Assembly (NCBI GenBank): GCA_034670305.1
Contig: JAXMNT010000053.1
Location: 1 to 52,269 of the forward strand
Reading direction: 5' to 3'
DNA length: 52,269 nucleotides
Origin: Deltaproteobacteria bacterium
GTDB lineage: Bacteria > Myxococcota_A > Polyangia > Polyangiales > Houyiibacteriaceae
The notes below the pieces were generated by a model that saw only the letters and a program-made list of their open reading frames with translations, was not told the origin of the DNA and made no database searches. Both the position numbers and the translations under genes were made by a program. Positions 1 through 8,797 of this stretch are shown one piece after another. Numbering within the stretch: the first letter of the stretch is position 1; each line of letters starts with the position of its first letter.

Positions 1-62
1 GTCCGCTGGGCATCGCGCTCCGATTCGCGCCTCGCCGTCGCGAAACACACGGCGTCCACGAC

Positions 63-125
63 GCGGGCAAGGGCACGGGCAAGGGCAACGGCAAGGGAGC
101 AGGTCGCTTTTCAGCGACCTGCTAG
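63..125 (-). repeat. CTAG-anchored hairpin plus (CCCTTG)n repeat element, copy 1
   Basis: (GGGCAA)-like hexamers at 63-97, then a perfect 11-bp hairpin agcaggtcgct/agcgacctgct (98-123) ending in CTAG; the reverse complement matches 52145-52225. Confidence 0.75.
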
Positions 126-192
126 CCCGCCATCGCGCTCGAGGACGTCGGCCTTCGCCCATTCCCTTCGTGGAACGGGCGTTGCCGGCGTC

Positions 193-564
193 TTGTCGTT
201 TCAGGGCCTCGTGGCTTCGCGCGCGCTTGACCGAACGACGCGGTGGTCACACACCCATCCGGTGGCCTACGGCTCCGAACGACGGAAACTGATCGAGAAG
301 CGGATCGCCTTCCTCCTCGAAGAAGAGGTGGGCCTCAAGCGCAGCTACCAGCGGCTCCCGTACCTATGGGGCAGCGCGGTGTTCATCGTGCCGGCGTTCT
401 TTCTCTGGGGCATCGTGGGAGCCGTCTCCGCGGTCGTGTGCGTGCCGGGCCTCGTGGCCACCGGCTACTACATCGTTCGGATCCGGCGCCAAGAGAACTT
501 CGGCGATTTGAACGACCTCGAGCGGCAGCTCGCCTTCCTCAAGTCCCAAGACGAAGAAGAGTAG
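193..564 (+). CDS. hypothetical membrane protein (two TM helices)
   Basis: 123-aa ORF with two adjacent hydrophobic segments and a charged C-terminus; TTG start uncertain. Confidence 0.55.
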   Translation: MSFQGLVASRALDRTTRWSHTHPVAYGSERRKLIEKRIAFLLEEEVGLKRSYQRLPYLWGSAVFIVPAFFLWGIVGAVSAVVCVPGLVATGYYIVRIRRQENFGDLNDLERQLAFLKSQDEEE

Positions 565-609
565 GCCCCGCAGCCGCGTGCTTGGGCCAGGCGCGTCCAG
601 CCGGCGGCG

Positions 610-2997
610 TCATTCGATCGTGCCGCAGGCGGCGAGTACGTCTTCGGTGCCGTTGTTGTCTTCGAGGCACTCGTTGAGTCCGATGAGCGGTTCGTGGGCC
701 GGGTCGTTGAGTACCGCGTTGAAGCGGTAGGTGGTGCCCGCGACGACGGGGGAGAAGCGGTGTTCGACCACTTCGCTCGCGCCGGGCAACAAGGTGCGCG
801 TCGTGAGTTCGCGGCCGACGAACGCGCCGTCCACGTAGAAGCTCACCGGCACGCCGGCCGGTGCGCCGGCCCGGCCTTGGTTCACCACCCGCACACGCAA
901 GATCAAGGTCTCGGCGCATTCGGCCGTGGAGAACGCCGGGTCCCGCAGCACGAGGTCCGGCGCATTGAACAGCCCGTCCGGCTGCACGTTCTGCCGGAAG
1001 TTGTTCAGGCGCGGGTTCGAGTGGTTCGGTTCCTCGCGGAGGGGGAGGGTGCCGTCTTCGTTGATGTTCGTGACGTGGTAGCTGTGCTGGTTCCAGATCC
1101 GCCGGGTGCGCACCCACTGGTTGTCCGGGTGCCCAAACGCTCGAACGCCGGTGGTCGACGCGGTGACGCCGTCGGTACAGGTGCGGCGCGCGTAGTTGTT
1201 CTCGACCAGGACAATCTCCGCGTGGTCGTCGTTGTCGACGTCCACGACGATCGGATACTCGGTCAGCGTCCCGCTCGTATTGCACCGGTCGAGGTACACC
1301 TCGCCAGTGGGCCCGCGGAATGCGCGGAAGACGTACTCGTCGTTGTAGAGCACCTCGGCGACGCCATCGCCCTCGAAGTCGAACACGCTTGAGCCCGTCG
1401 CGCGGCTCGAGGTGTCCTGCGTCTCCTCGTACCACTTGAGCGTCGCGTCGTTCTCGAAGATGACGTAGGCGTAGCCGCCCGCGAGTGCGAACTCGGGTTC
1501 TGGGTCGTCGTCGAAGTTCGCGATGGTCGGCGGTCCTCCACCGGTCAGTGCATCCCGGTCCGGGCGGGCGGCCATGATGGCGGCGACGCGGGCCGCGATG
1601 CTGGCGTCGCCGGTGGGCGTGATCTCGATCGGGCCGGCGATCAGCATGCCGGTGCCGCCGTCGCGGATGGTCACCATGTGCGACTGGACGCTGGTGGCCA
1701 CGATGTCGGGGTCGCCGTCGAGGTCCATGTCGGCGACGGCGACGTAGCCAGACTCGCCCGCGAACAGATCCTCTTGCCAGACCACACTGCCGTCGGCGTT
1801 CGCGACGCCGTTGATGCCGATGAGTTCGAGGTTGGCGTCGCCGGTGACGTCGTAGAGGACGGGGATGGCGTTGGTGGCGTTGAGCATCGCGTCGACTCGG
1901 CCGCTTCCGTCCGCTTGAACGATGATGTTGCCGACCACGATTTCGGCCACGCCGTCGCCGTCCATGTCGGCCACCGCCGGTCGCCCGCACCCGACGACCA
2001 CGTCGGTGTCGAAGCGATGCAGGATGGAACCGGTGGCCGAGAAGATGGTCAGAGCGGTCGCGCCGAACGTGGTGCCGGGCACGAACGTGCAGCCGATGAT
2101 CTCCGGTCCTGGAGAGTCGGGGCGGATGTCCGCGACGGCGACTTCGAGGGCGGGCTGGGTGGCGAAAGGCGGGTCGGCCGTCGGCCACAGACGCGAGCCG
2201 TCGTTGCCGGAGATGGCACGCAGGACGCCGTCGGCGTTGTAGACCGAAGCGCCGCCGGTGTCGGGGCTGCCGGTCCGGAAGGTGTTGAAGATCACGTCCG
2301 GGATGTCGTTCTGGTCGATGACCCCGTCGCCATTGTCGTCGTTGAGGTTCGCAACCATCGGCGCCGACATGATCTGGTCGTGCAGCGGTTTGACGGTGGG
2401 GTCGCCGGTCCAGTGCCACTCGGTGTTCAGCTCGAACTCCCGGATGTCCGGCATGTACTCGCACTCCGGGAGATCCGTCGCGCGCGGCAGACAGCGTCCA
2501 ATGCTCGCTTCGCAGTACTCGGTCTCGCTGCAGTCGAACGCGCCTTCGCAGGGTTCGCCGGGGTCGATGCAGGCTTCGAGCAGACACACTTGTTCGGCGC
2601 CGCAGCACGCGGCCGAGGCTCCATCGCCGCAGGCCGCCCGTTCTCCGCAGTCGAGCACGCAGCTCTCCGCCACACACGTCTGATCGGCGCCCCCGCAGCA
2701 CACGCCGCCACAGAGCGCATCGGGGTCGCAACAGGTGCCGTCCGTGCCGCAGCGTTCGGCCGCCTCGCAGCACGAATCCGCGCACATCAAGAACGCGGGG
2801 CACGAGGGCGCATCGACGTCGCCGGCGTCCATGCCCGCCGCATCGACGCCGCGGGAGACACAGGTTCCGTCCAAACACGCGGACCCGGCGGCGCAGTCCG
2901 CGGTGCTGGTGCAGGTCGTGCCGCTGCCACCACCTCCACAGCTCCAGAGCAGACAAGACACGAGACAGAGCGGGGCCAAACGGGAGAGTCGAAGCAT
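610..2997 (-). CDS. FG-GAP-repeat / CARDB-domain Cys-rich lipoprotein
   Basis: Signal with lipobox (LLWSC) from the ATG at 2997; Cys-rich repeats; many D-x-D-G-D-G-x-x-E/D FG-GAP motifs; WNQHSYHVTN motif; C-terminal Ig-like CARDB region (PDLV...VVNQG...ECLEDNN). Start trimmed from the 610..3942 ORF. Confidence 0.85.
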   Translation of the reverse strand: MLRLSRLAPLCLVSCLLWSCGGGGSGTTCTSTADCAAGSACLDGTCVSRGVDAAGMDAGDVDAPSCPAFLMCADSCCEAAERCGTDGTCCDPDALCGGVCCGGADQTCVAESCVLDCGERAACGDGASAACCGAEQVCLLEACIDPGEPCEGAFDCSETEYCEASIGRCLPRATDLPECEYMPDIREFELNTEWHWTGDPTVKPLHDQIMSAPMVANLNDDNGDGVIDQNDIPDVIFNTFRTGSPDTGGASVYNADGVLRAISGNDGSRLWPTADPPFATQPALEVAVADIRPDSPGPEIIGCTFVPGTTFGATALTIFSATGSILHRFDTDVVVGCGRPAVADMDGDGVAEIVVGNIIVQADGSGRVDAMLNATNAIPVLYDVTGDANLELIGINGVANADGSVVWQEDLFAGESGYVAVADMDLDGDPDIVATSVQSHMVTIRDGGTGMLIAGPIEITPTGDASIAARVAAIMAARPDRDALTGGGPPTIANFDDDPEPEFALAGGYAYVIFENDATLKWYEETQDTSSRATGSSVFDFEGDGVAEVLYNDEYVFRAFRGPTGEVYLDRCNTSGTLTEYPIVVDVDNDDHAEIVLVENNYARRTCTDGVTASTTGVRAFGHPDNQWVRTRRIWNQHSYHVTNINEDGTLPLREEPNHSNPRLNNFRQNVQPDGLFNAPDLVLRDPAFSTAECAETLILRVRVVNQGRAGAPAGVPVSFYVDGAFVGRELTTRTLLPGASEVVEHRFSPVVAGTTYRFNAVLNDPAHEPLIGLNECLEDNNGTEDVLAACGTIE

Positions 2998-3071
2998 GGG
3001 ACAAGTATGCCTCAACTCTCGGCGTTCCGGTGTTCGTGACGAAGCCCCGTCGACGCGACGACGTGCCCGGG

Positions 3072-5342
3072 TCAGGTGCGTCGGCGTCTGCGCATGAGGA
3101 AGATCAGCAACCAGATGAAGAAGAAGGGGGCGAAGAGCGACGCCACCCACCACCAGTCCTTCTCGACCTGGAACCCATCCCACGAGAGAAACGCGACGAT
3201 GGTCTCGAACACACCGGCCACGGCGACGAAGAAGAGTGCGCTCTCCATGAAGACGTCCGCGCGTTCGCGGTGTTTGGAGTCGTCGCGGGCTTCGAGCTGC
3301 GCGAGCTGGCGCATCTGGTCCTGGATCTCGCCGTATGAGCGCGGCAGGTGCATCGCATCGACCAGGCGCTCGGACACCTTTCGGGCGCGGCCGGTGCCGA
3401 TCTCGAGGTCGTAGTAGCGGGTCTGGAACGCGAGCACGTCCCGGCGCAGTTGGCCGGTGCGTTGCTGGCTGCGCTTCTTCGAGCGCAGCAGATCCGAGAG
3501 CCGCATCCGGTAGTCGCGCAGCGCCTCTCGAACGAACGCGAGGTAGAAGAGCACCTCGAGGTACCCGTCCTCTTCGCCGGAACCCGCTCCGACCGCGCGG
3601 ACCAAGAGCGAGCGGTGGTTGAAGAGCACGAGCTCGTCGTGGGTGACGGGCATCTCGTCGACGTCCACGTCGCCGAGGCCGCGGACGAGCCCGTCGAGCC
3701 GTGCAGGATCCGAGTTGTGCGGCCCGAGTCGGATGCGGGAGAGCGCGTAGGCCGGCGCGCCGTGTTTGGCGACCGCCTCCTGCATGCCCGCGAGCAGCTG
3801 TTCGAGCGTGGCGCCTTCGGCGGCTTCGATGTGCAGCAGTTCGAGGCCGCCGCGCGCTTCGGGCGGGAAGTCTCTGGCCTCGCGCCGAGCCACGACCGCG
3901 GGTGAGGTCAGCTTCTCTTCGGCCGACGGCGGCGCGCGGCACGATTCATAGAACGGCGCGAGTCGGTCGTCGATGCCGACGGGACACTTCATGGGCGACC
4001 AGGTGCCCTTCAAGACCGACGCGGCGTCGCCCGCTTCGTCGAGGTCCGCGGTCCACATCAAGGTCACGGTGCCGCTCGCCAAGGGCACGTGCCAGAACCG
4101 CCCACCGCACGCGATCGCCAGCACGTCGTCGTACTCCAGGTGGGTGCAGGTCGCGGGCGCGTCGATGATGGTGAAGTCGTGGCCGCGCCCGTCGTACCAA
4201 GGGTCGCCGTTGTTGCAGGTGCCATCGTCCCACCGCGGGGAAGGCGGCCGTTCGTCGCCATCGACCGCGCGCACTTCGCACTCGCGGCGCTCGAGCGCGA
4301 ATCCGAGCCCGCGCAGCGAAGGCGCGACGCCGTGTTCGTCCGACCAGGTGGGATCGAGTGAGAGAATCACCCGCCCCCATAGCCGAGGTGACTCGCGGTC
4401 CGCCTCGGTGGGGTAGGGACAGATGTAGTAGGGGAACCCGGAGGCGCGTACCCAGTACTTGTTGAGTTTGCTGCGCGGCGGCTCGGGTGAGATGAACGTG
4501 GGCACCCGCACTTCCGCGAGTTGGGAGACGCCGAGCCGCCCGGTGCCGCGCGCCGGCAGCGAGACTTCCGTGCGATGCGCGGCCTCGTAGTCGTCGGCGA
4601 ACCGTTCCGGCTCCTCGTCGAGCAGCGCACGCACGTCCTCGAACTCGGGACGCTTCGACCAGTGGGTCGCAGGGTGGTCCTCGTGGTCGGGATGAAATGC
4701 CGAGGGACCCCTCAACCCTTGGAGGTCCTGCAGCACGCCCTCCACCAGCATCAGTCCACGCATCAGCCCCGCCAGCGAGCGCTCGTGCGGTGTGCCTTGC
4801 GAGGGCAGGTTCTGGATCGCGAGCTGAGCGATGTGCGGCGCGAAGAAGGTCTCGCGCCGGCCGAGACGCAGCTCGTACCGGCCCTGGTCCACTTCGGTCA
4901 CGTACCGGGCGAGGGACGCGGCGGCGACGGGGACATCGCCGGTCTCGATCAGCTGGCGCACGAGGTAGCTGCTGACGACCCCATCGAAGTCCGGGTTGAA
5001 GTGGGTGACGAGGGTGAGTGTGATCTTCGCGCCCGAGAGGTCTTCGCCGGCGGCCGCCCGCTCGAGCGCGGGTCCGAGCAGGTGTACATAGACCAGCTCG
5101 CGGTGTTGCAGGATGAGCTCCGCGGTGCTGCTCGGGCGGGCTCCGTCGCCGTGGTGGTCGATGATGCCTGCCCCGAGGCCGCCCCCGACGTCGAGGTAGA
5201 TCACCCCGGGGGTCTCGGCGGCGCGGGTTCCGGGCGGCACGAACCGGTGTCGCCAGTCGATCTCGATGCCGAGCGCCTGTGCGCCGAGATGGCGCGCATG
5301 GTCCGCGGGGAGGTCCGCGGGAAGGGTGCCGTCGGCGGTCAC
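3072..5342 (-). CDS. DHH/MYG1-like phosphoesterase (permuted motif order) fused to a CorA-like helical + 2TM domain
   Basis: LDVGG...IIDHH followed by LVTHFNPDFDG; DPWYDGRGHDFTIIDAP; C-terminal helical stretch (FQTRYYDLEIG...) then two TM helices and an RRRRR tail. Confidence 0.7.
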   Translation of the reverse strand: MTADGTLPADLPADHARHLGAQALGIEIDWRHRFVPPGTRAAETPGVIYLDVGGGLGAGIIDHHGDGARPSSTAELILQHRELVYVHLLGPALERAAAGEDLSGAKITLTLVTHFNPDFDGVVSSYLVRQLIETGDVPVAAASLARYVTEVDQGRYELRLGRRETFFAPHIAQLAIQNLPSQGTPHERSLAGLMRGLMLVEGVLQDLQGLRGPSAFHPDHEDHPATHWSKRPEFEDVRALLDEEPERFADDYEAAHRTEVSLPARGTGRLGVSQLAEVRVPTFISPEPPRSKLNKYWVRASGFPYYICPYPTEADRESPRLWGRVILSLDPTWSDEHGVAPSLRGLGFALERRECEVRAVDGDERPPSPRWDDGTCNNGDPWYDGRGHDFTIIDAPATCTHLEYDDVLAIACGGRFWHVPLASGTVTLMWTADLDEAGDAASVLKGTWSPMKCPVGIDDRLAPFYESCRAPPSAEEKLTSPAVVARREARDFPPEARGGLELLHIEAAEGATLEQLLAGMQEAVAKHGAPAYALSRIRLGPHNSDPARLDGLVRGLGDVDVDEMPVTHDELVLFNHRSLLVRAVGAGSGEEDGYLEVLFYLAFVREALRDYRMRLSDLLRSKKRSQQRTGQLRRDVLAFQTRYYDLEIGTGRARKVSERLVDAMHLPRSYGEIQDQMRQLAQLEARDDSKHRERADVFMESALFFVAVAGVFETIVAFLSWDGFQVEKDWWWVASLFAPFFFIWLLIFLMRRRRRT

Positions 5343-5464
5343 GGCCGCGACTCTACACGGCTCGCCCGCTCGGAGGTATGGTCGCGGGGCCGAGATGCGG
5401 CGAAGCCGTCCGCTTGGCGGGAAGTTCCGGGGGAGAAACCTGGAACGTGTACGGAAGAGAGCTG

Positions 5465-7894
5465 ATGGAAGAGTCCCTGCGTTCCGAGATCATGGAAGCC
5501 TTGCTGGCCGACGAAGACGTCGACGAGCTGGTGTCGAACTTGGTGGATGCCGCCTGCGAGAGCGACGAAGCCATCGCGGCGGTGCTGAACGGCGAGAAAC
5601 GGGAGCCCCGCAAACCGAGCGCGCGCGTCGGGGAACCGCCCGGCGCCTACGTCGAAGAGATCTCCGTGAGTGGATTCCGCGGCGTCGGGCCGAGGGTGAA
5701 TCTCAAGCTCGAGCCCGGTCCGGGGCTCACCGTGATCTTCGGACGCAACGGTTCCGGCAAGTCGAGTTTCTCCGAAGGGCTCGAGACCCTGCTCACCGGC
5801 AGCTGCAGCCGGTTCATCGGGCGGCGCAGCAAGCTCTGGGAGAAGGGCTGGCGCAACCTTCACAACTCGGACAAGGCGCGGGTCGAGGCGAAACTCACCA
5901 TCGAAGGCCAACAGCCGCTGCACATCGTGCGCAGCTGGAAGAAGGACGCCGACCTCGAAGAGTCGCAGGTCGACGCCCGCTATGCCGACAAGACCGAGGT
6001 CACCCTCGAGTCGCTCGGGTTCCCCCAGGCGCTCGCGGAGTTCCGGCCGTTCTTGAGTCACCCGGAACTTGGTGCGCTCGTCGAAGAACCTTCGAAGGCC
6101 CACGACCTACTGAACCAGGTGCTCAGCTTGGACGAAGTGGTCGCCGCGATCGCGCGACTCACGAAGCAGCGCAAGGAACTCAGCTCCACCAAACGCTCGC
6201 TGAACGCGGAGCGCAAGCAGCTGCGCGATGCCGCTGAGGAACTCGAAGACGAACGCGCCGGCAAGTGCGCGAAGCTGCTCGCGAAGACCAAGCCGGATCT
6301 CGACAAACTCGAAGGCATCGTACTCGGCACGCAGGACGACGAAGCAGAGACGCGGCTCAAGAACCTCGGCCGGGTCACGAAGATCGCGATGCCGACGAAC
6401 GAGGAGTTCGAAGCGGCAAAGACCGCGCTGGTGGAGTCGAAGACTGCGTACGAGGCCGCGAGCACCGACGCGGCGGAGTCGCACGCGTCGCTGATCGAAG
6501 TGCTCACCGCCGCCAAGACGCACCTCGAACAACACGCCGAAGAGTGCCCGGTCTGCGAACGCCCGATGGACGCCGCGAAGATCACCGCGGTGGACGAACG
6601 CCTCGCCTCCGCGAAGGAAGCCTCGACCCGGTTCCGGGAGGCCAAGCGCGGCGTGCGCCGAGCCCGCGACGCGGCGGAGACGTTGTGTGGACGGCTCCCC
6701 CAGAAGGAACTCGAGCTCGCGTTCACCCTCGAACTCATCGAGGACCCGGCGCCGCTTCTGGCGTACGCCAAAGAGAAGGTCGAGGCGCACGACGAGCTCC
6801 TGAAGAAGCTGGAAGAACTTCCCAAGCGTGCGCGCCCGATCGTCGACGCATCGGCGGTGGCTGCCCGGGAAGCGGCGGAGAAGATCGAATCCGTCTTCCG
6901 CCCGTTCGCCACGACGGTCGCCGCGTACATCTCTCGCGCAAAGACGTTTGAGCCCCGGCTTCCGCACCTGAAGCCACTCGACTCCGCGGAGAAGTGGCTC
7001 GACGCCCGCCGCGAGATCCTGCGCGACGCCCGGTTCGATCCGATCGTCGACCGCGCGAAGGAGATCTGGGCGATGTTGAGCGCCCAGAGTTTCGTCTCGC
7101 TCGACGACATCTCGCTCGCGGGAAAGAAGAACCAGCGGCGCGTCGAGTTCTCTGCCCACGTGGACAACAACGAAGCGGAGGCGCTCAGCGTCATGTCGCA
7201 GGGCGAGCTCAACGCGTTGGCCCTGAGCATCTTCATTCCGCGCATGTGCCACGCGAGCAGCCCGTTCCGCTTCCTGGTCATCGACGACCCGGTGCAGGCG
7301 ATGGACCCGCACAAGGTGGACGGTCTCGCGCGGGTGCTCGACGAAGTCGCGCGGACCCGCCAGGTCATCGTGCTGACCCACGACGGCCGGCTCGTGAGCG
7401 CCATCCGGCGCCTGCAGATCAACGCGACGGTGCATCAGGTCACGCGCCGGCCCGAGAGCGTGGTCGACGTGCGGGTCACGCACGAGGCGGTCACGCAGCT
7501 GATCGACGACGCCTGGCAGGTGCTCGGCAGCGAGTCGGAACTCGGCGAAGACGTCTGTGCGCGCGTCGTTCCGGCGTTCTGCCGTGCGGCCATCGACGCT
7601 GCATGTGAAGAGGCCTTTCGGCGTCGTCGGCTGAAGCGCGGCGACGAACACGAGGAGGTGGAGAAGGTACTCGCGAAGTCGCGAACCACCCACGCGAAGG
7701 CCGCGCTCGCGATGTTCGACGACACCAAACACACCGGTGATGTGAAGGCAGAGCTGACGAAGGAACTCTCCGAAGCCACCACCACCGCGTACATCGGCGT
7801 GCTGCGCGCAGCGCACGGCTCCTACGAAGGCGACCTGCGGGCGCTCATCGGCGAGACGAAGAAGCTCACGAAGTTCCTGCGCGGGCGCGCTTGA
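5465..7894 (+). CDS. Rad50/SbcC/RloC-like coiled-coil ABC ATPase with zinc hook and helical (HEPN-like) C-terminal extension
   Basis: Walker A GRNGSGKSS, coiled coil with CPVC hook, signature MSQGE, Walker B FLVIDDPVQAMD, H-loop LTHD, then an extension of about 140 aa; ATG 5465 follows a purine-rich GGAAGAGA. Confidence 0.88.
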   Translation: MEESLRSEIMEALLADEDVDELVSNLVDAACESDEAIAAVLNGEKREPRKPSARVGEPPGAYVEEISVSGFRGVGPRVNLKLEPGPGLTVIFGRNGSGKSSFSEGLETLLTGSCSRFIGRRSKLWEKGWRNLHNSDKARVEAKLTIEGQQPLHIVRSWKKDADLEESQVDARYADKTEVTLESLGFPQALAEFRPFLSHPELGALVEEPSKAHDLLNQVLSLDEVVAAIARLTKQRKELSSTKRSLNAERKQLRDAAEELEDERAGKCAKLLAKTKPDLDKLEGIVLGTQDDEAETRLKNLGRVTKIAMPTNEEFEAAKTALVESKTAYEAASTDAAESHASLIEVLTAAKTHLEQHAEECPVCERPMDAAKITAVDERLASAKEASTRFREAKRGVRRARDAAETLCGRLPQKELELAFTLELIEDPAPLLAYAKEKVEAHDELLKKLEELPKRARPIVDASAVAAREAAEKIESVFRPFATTVAAYISRAKTFEPRLPHLKPLDSAEKWLDARREILRDARFDPIVDRAKEIWAMLSAQSFVSLDDISLAGKKNQRRVEFSAHVDNNEAEALSVMSQGELNALALSIFIPRMCHASSPFRFLVIDDPVQAMDPHKVDGLARVLDEVARTRQVIVLTHDGRLVSAIRRLQINATVHQVTRRPESVVDVRVTHEAVTQLIDDAWQVLGSESELGEDVCARVVPAFCRAAIDAACEEAFRRRRLKRGDEHEEVEKVLAKSRTTHAKAALAMFDDTKHTGDVKAELTKELSEATTTAYIGVLRAAHGSYEGDLRALIGETKKLTKFLRGRA

Positions 7895-8286
7895 TGGGGG
7901 CCACGGAGATCACGGCCACCCAGCTGCTCGCGAACGCGGACGCGGTGGTGTCGGCCGGAGATGCGACGTTGCGGGGGGTGTGGCCGCGGGCCGCAGCGGC
8001 CCTCACGCGACAGGCGCTCGAGACGCACGCGCGCACGCTCTTGTCGAAGGCGGGGGCGCGGGTCGAGGACGTGCGCTTCGGGGCGCTGATGCTCGCCACC
8101 CAAGCGGTGATGCACCCAACCGATGCTCGGGAACTCTCCCAGCTCTGGTCTCGTCTGAGCGAGTGTCTGCACGACACCGAACTGGGCATGGCGCTCGACA
8201 TTCCGGTGGCGGTTGCGCGCGCCCGCGCGCTGATCACGAACCCACGCGCGGTCGAAGCGATCGCGGATCCAGCGGACGACGAGTGA
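7894..8286 (+). CDS. small HEPN-like protein
   Basis: TGATG overlap with the ATPase stop; WPRAAAALTRQALE helix and R-x5-H (RLSECLH) motif. Confidence 0.65.
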   Translation: MGATEITATQLLANADAVVSAGDATLRGVWPRAAAALTRQALETHARTLLSKAGARVEDVRFGALMLATQAVMHPTDARELSQLWSRLSECLHDTELGMALDIPVAVARARALITNPRAVEAIADPADDE

Positions 8287-8696
8287 GGCCGTTTCACCTC
8301 GCGCTCCCGGTGCATTCGCTGGAGCAAGCGCGTCGCTTCTACGGCGGGCTGCTCGGCTGCGCCGAGGGACGCAGTGCCGACCGCTGGGTGGACTTCGACT
8401 TCTTCGGACACCAACTCTCGCTTCACCTCGCCGACACAGAAGAGACCACCGCGCGCAACGAGGTCGACGGCGACGAAGTACCGGCTCGGCACTTCGGGCT
8501 CGTGCTCGAATGGGGCGCGTGGGAGGCACTCGCCGATCGCCTCACCCAAGCGAAGGTGACGTTCCGGATCGCGCCGCGTGTCCGCTTCCAGGGCCAACCC
8601 GGCGAACAAGGAACATTCTTTCTGGACGATCCTTCAGGCAACGCGCTCGAGATGAAGGCGTTTCGCGATCTGCGCGCGATGTTCGCGACCGAGTAG
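8283..8696 (+). CDS. VOC/glyoxalase family protein
   Basis: PFHLALPV...ARRFYG.LLGC.EGRS...WVDFDFFGHQ...DPSGNALEMK; GTGA overlap with the previous gene. Confidence 0.92.
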   Translation: MRPFHLALPVHSLEQARRFYGGLLGCAEGRSADRWVDFDFFGHQLSLHLADTEETTARNEVDGDEVPARHFGLVLEWGAWEALADRLTQAKVTFRIAPRVRFQGQPGEQGTFFLDDPSGNALEMKAFRDLRAMFATE

Positions 8697-8797
8697 TCCG
8701 AAGTCGTTCTGGTCGAAGCGGCCGCGTAAGACGACGCGCTTGCCGCGGAACGATCCAGAACGCCGGACGCCTCTCGACCGAGTTGCGGAGCTCTTCG

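Noticed and set aside
11-140. CATCGCGCTC direct repeat (11-20 and 131-140) as a target-site duplication
   Set aside because: It does not abut the element ends, and a GC-rich 10-mer can recur by chance
2998-3942. N-terminal extension of ORF 610..3942
   Set aside because: Arg/Pro-rich off-frame read-through overlapping the DHH-CorA gene; the signal peptide starts at 2997
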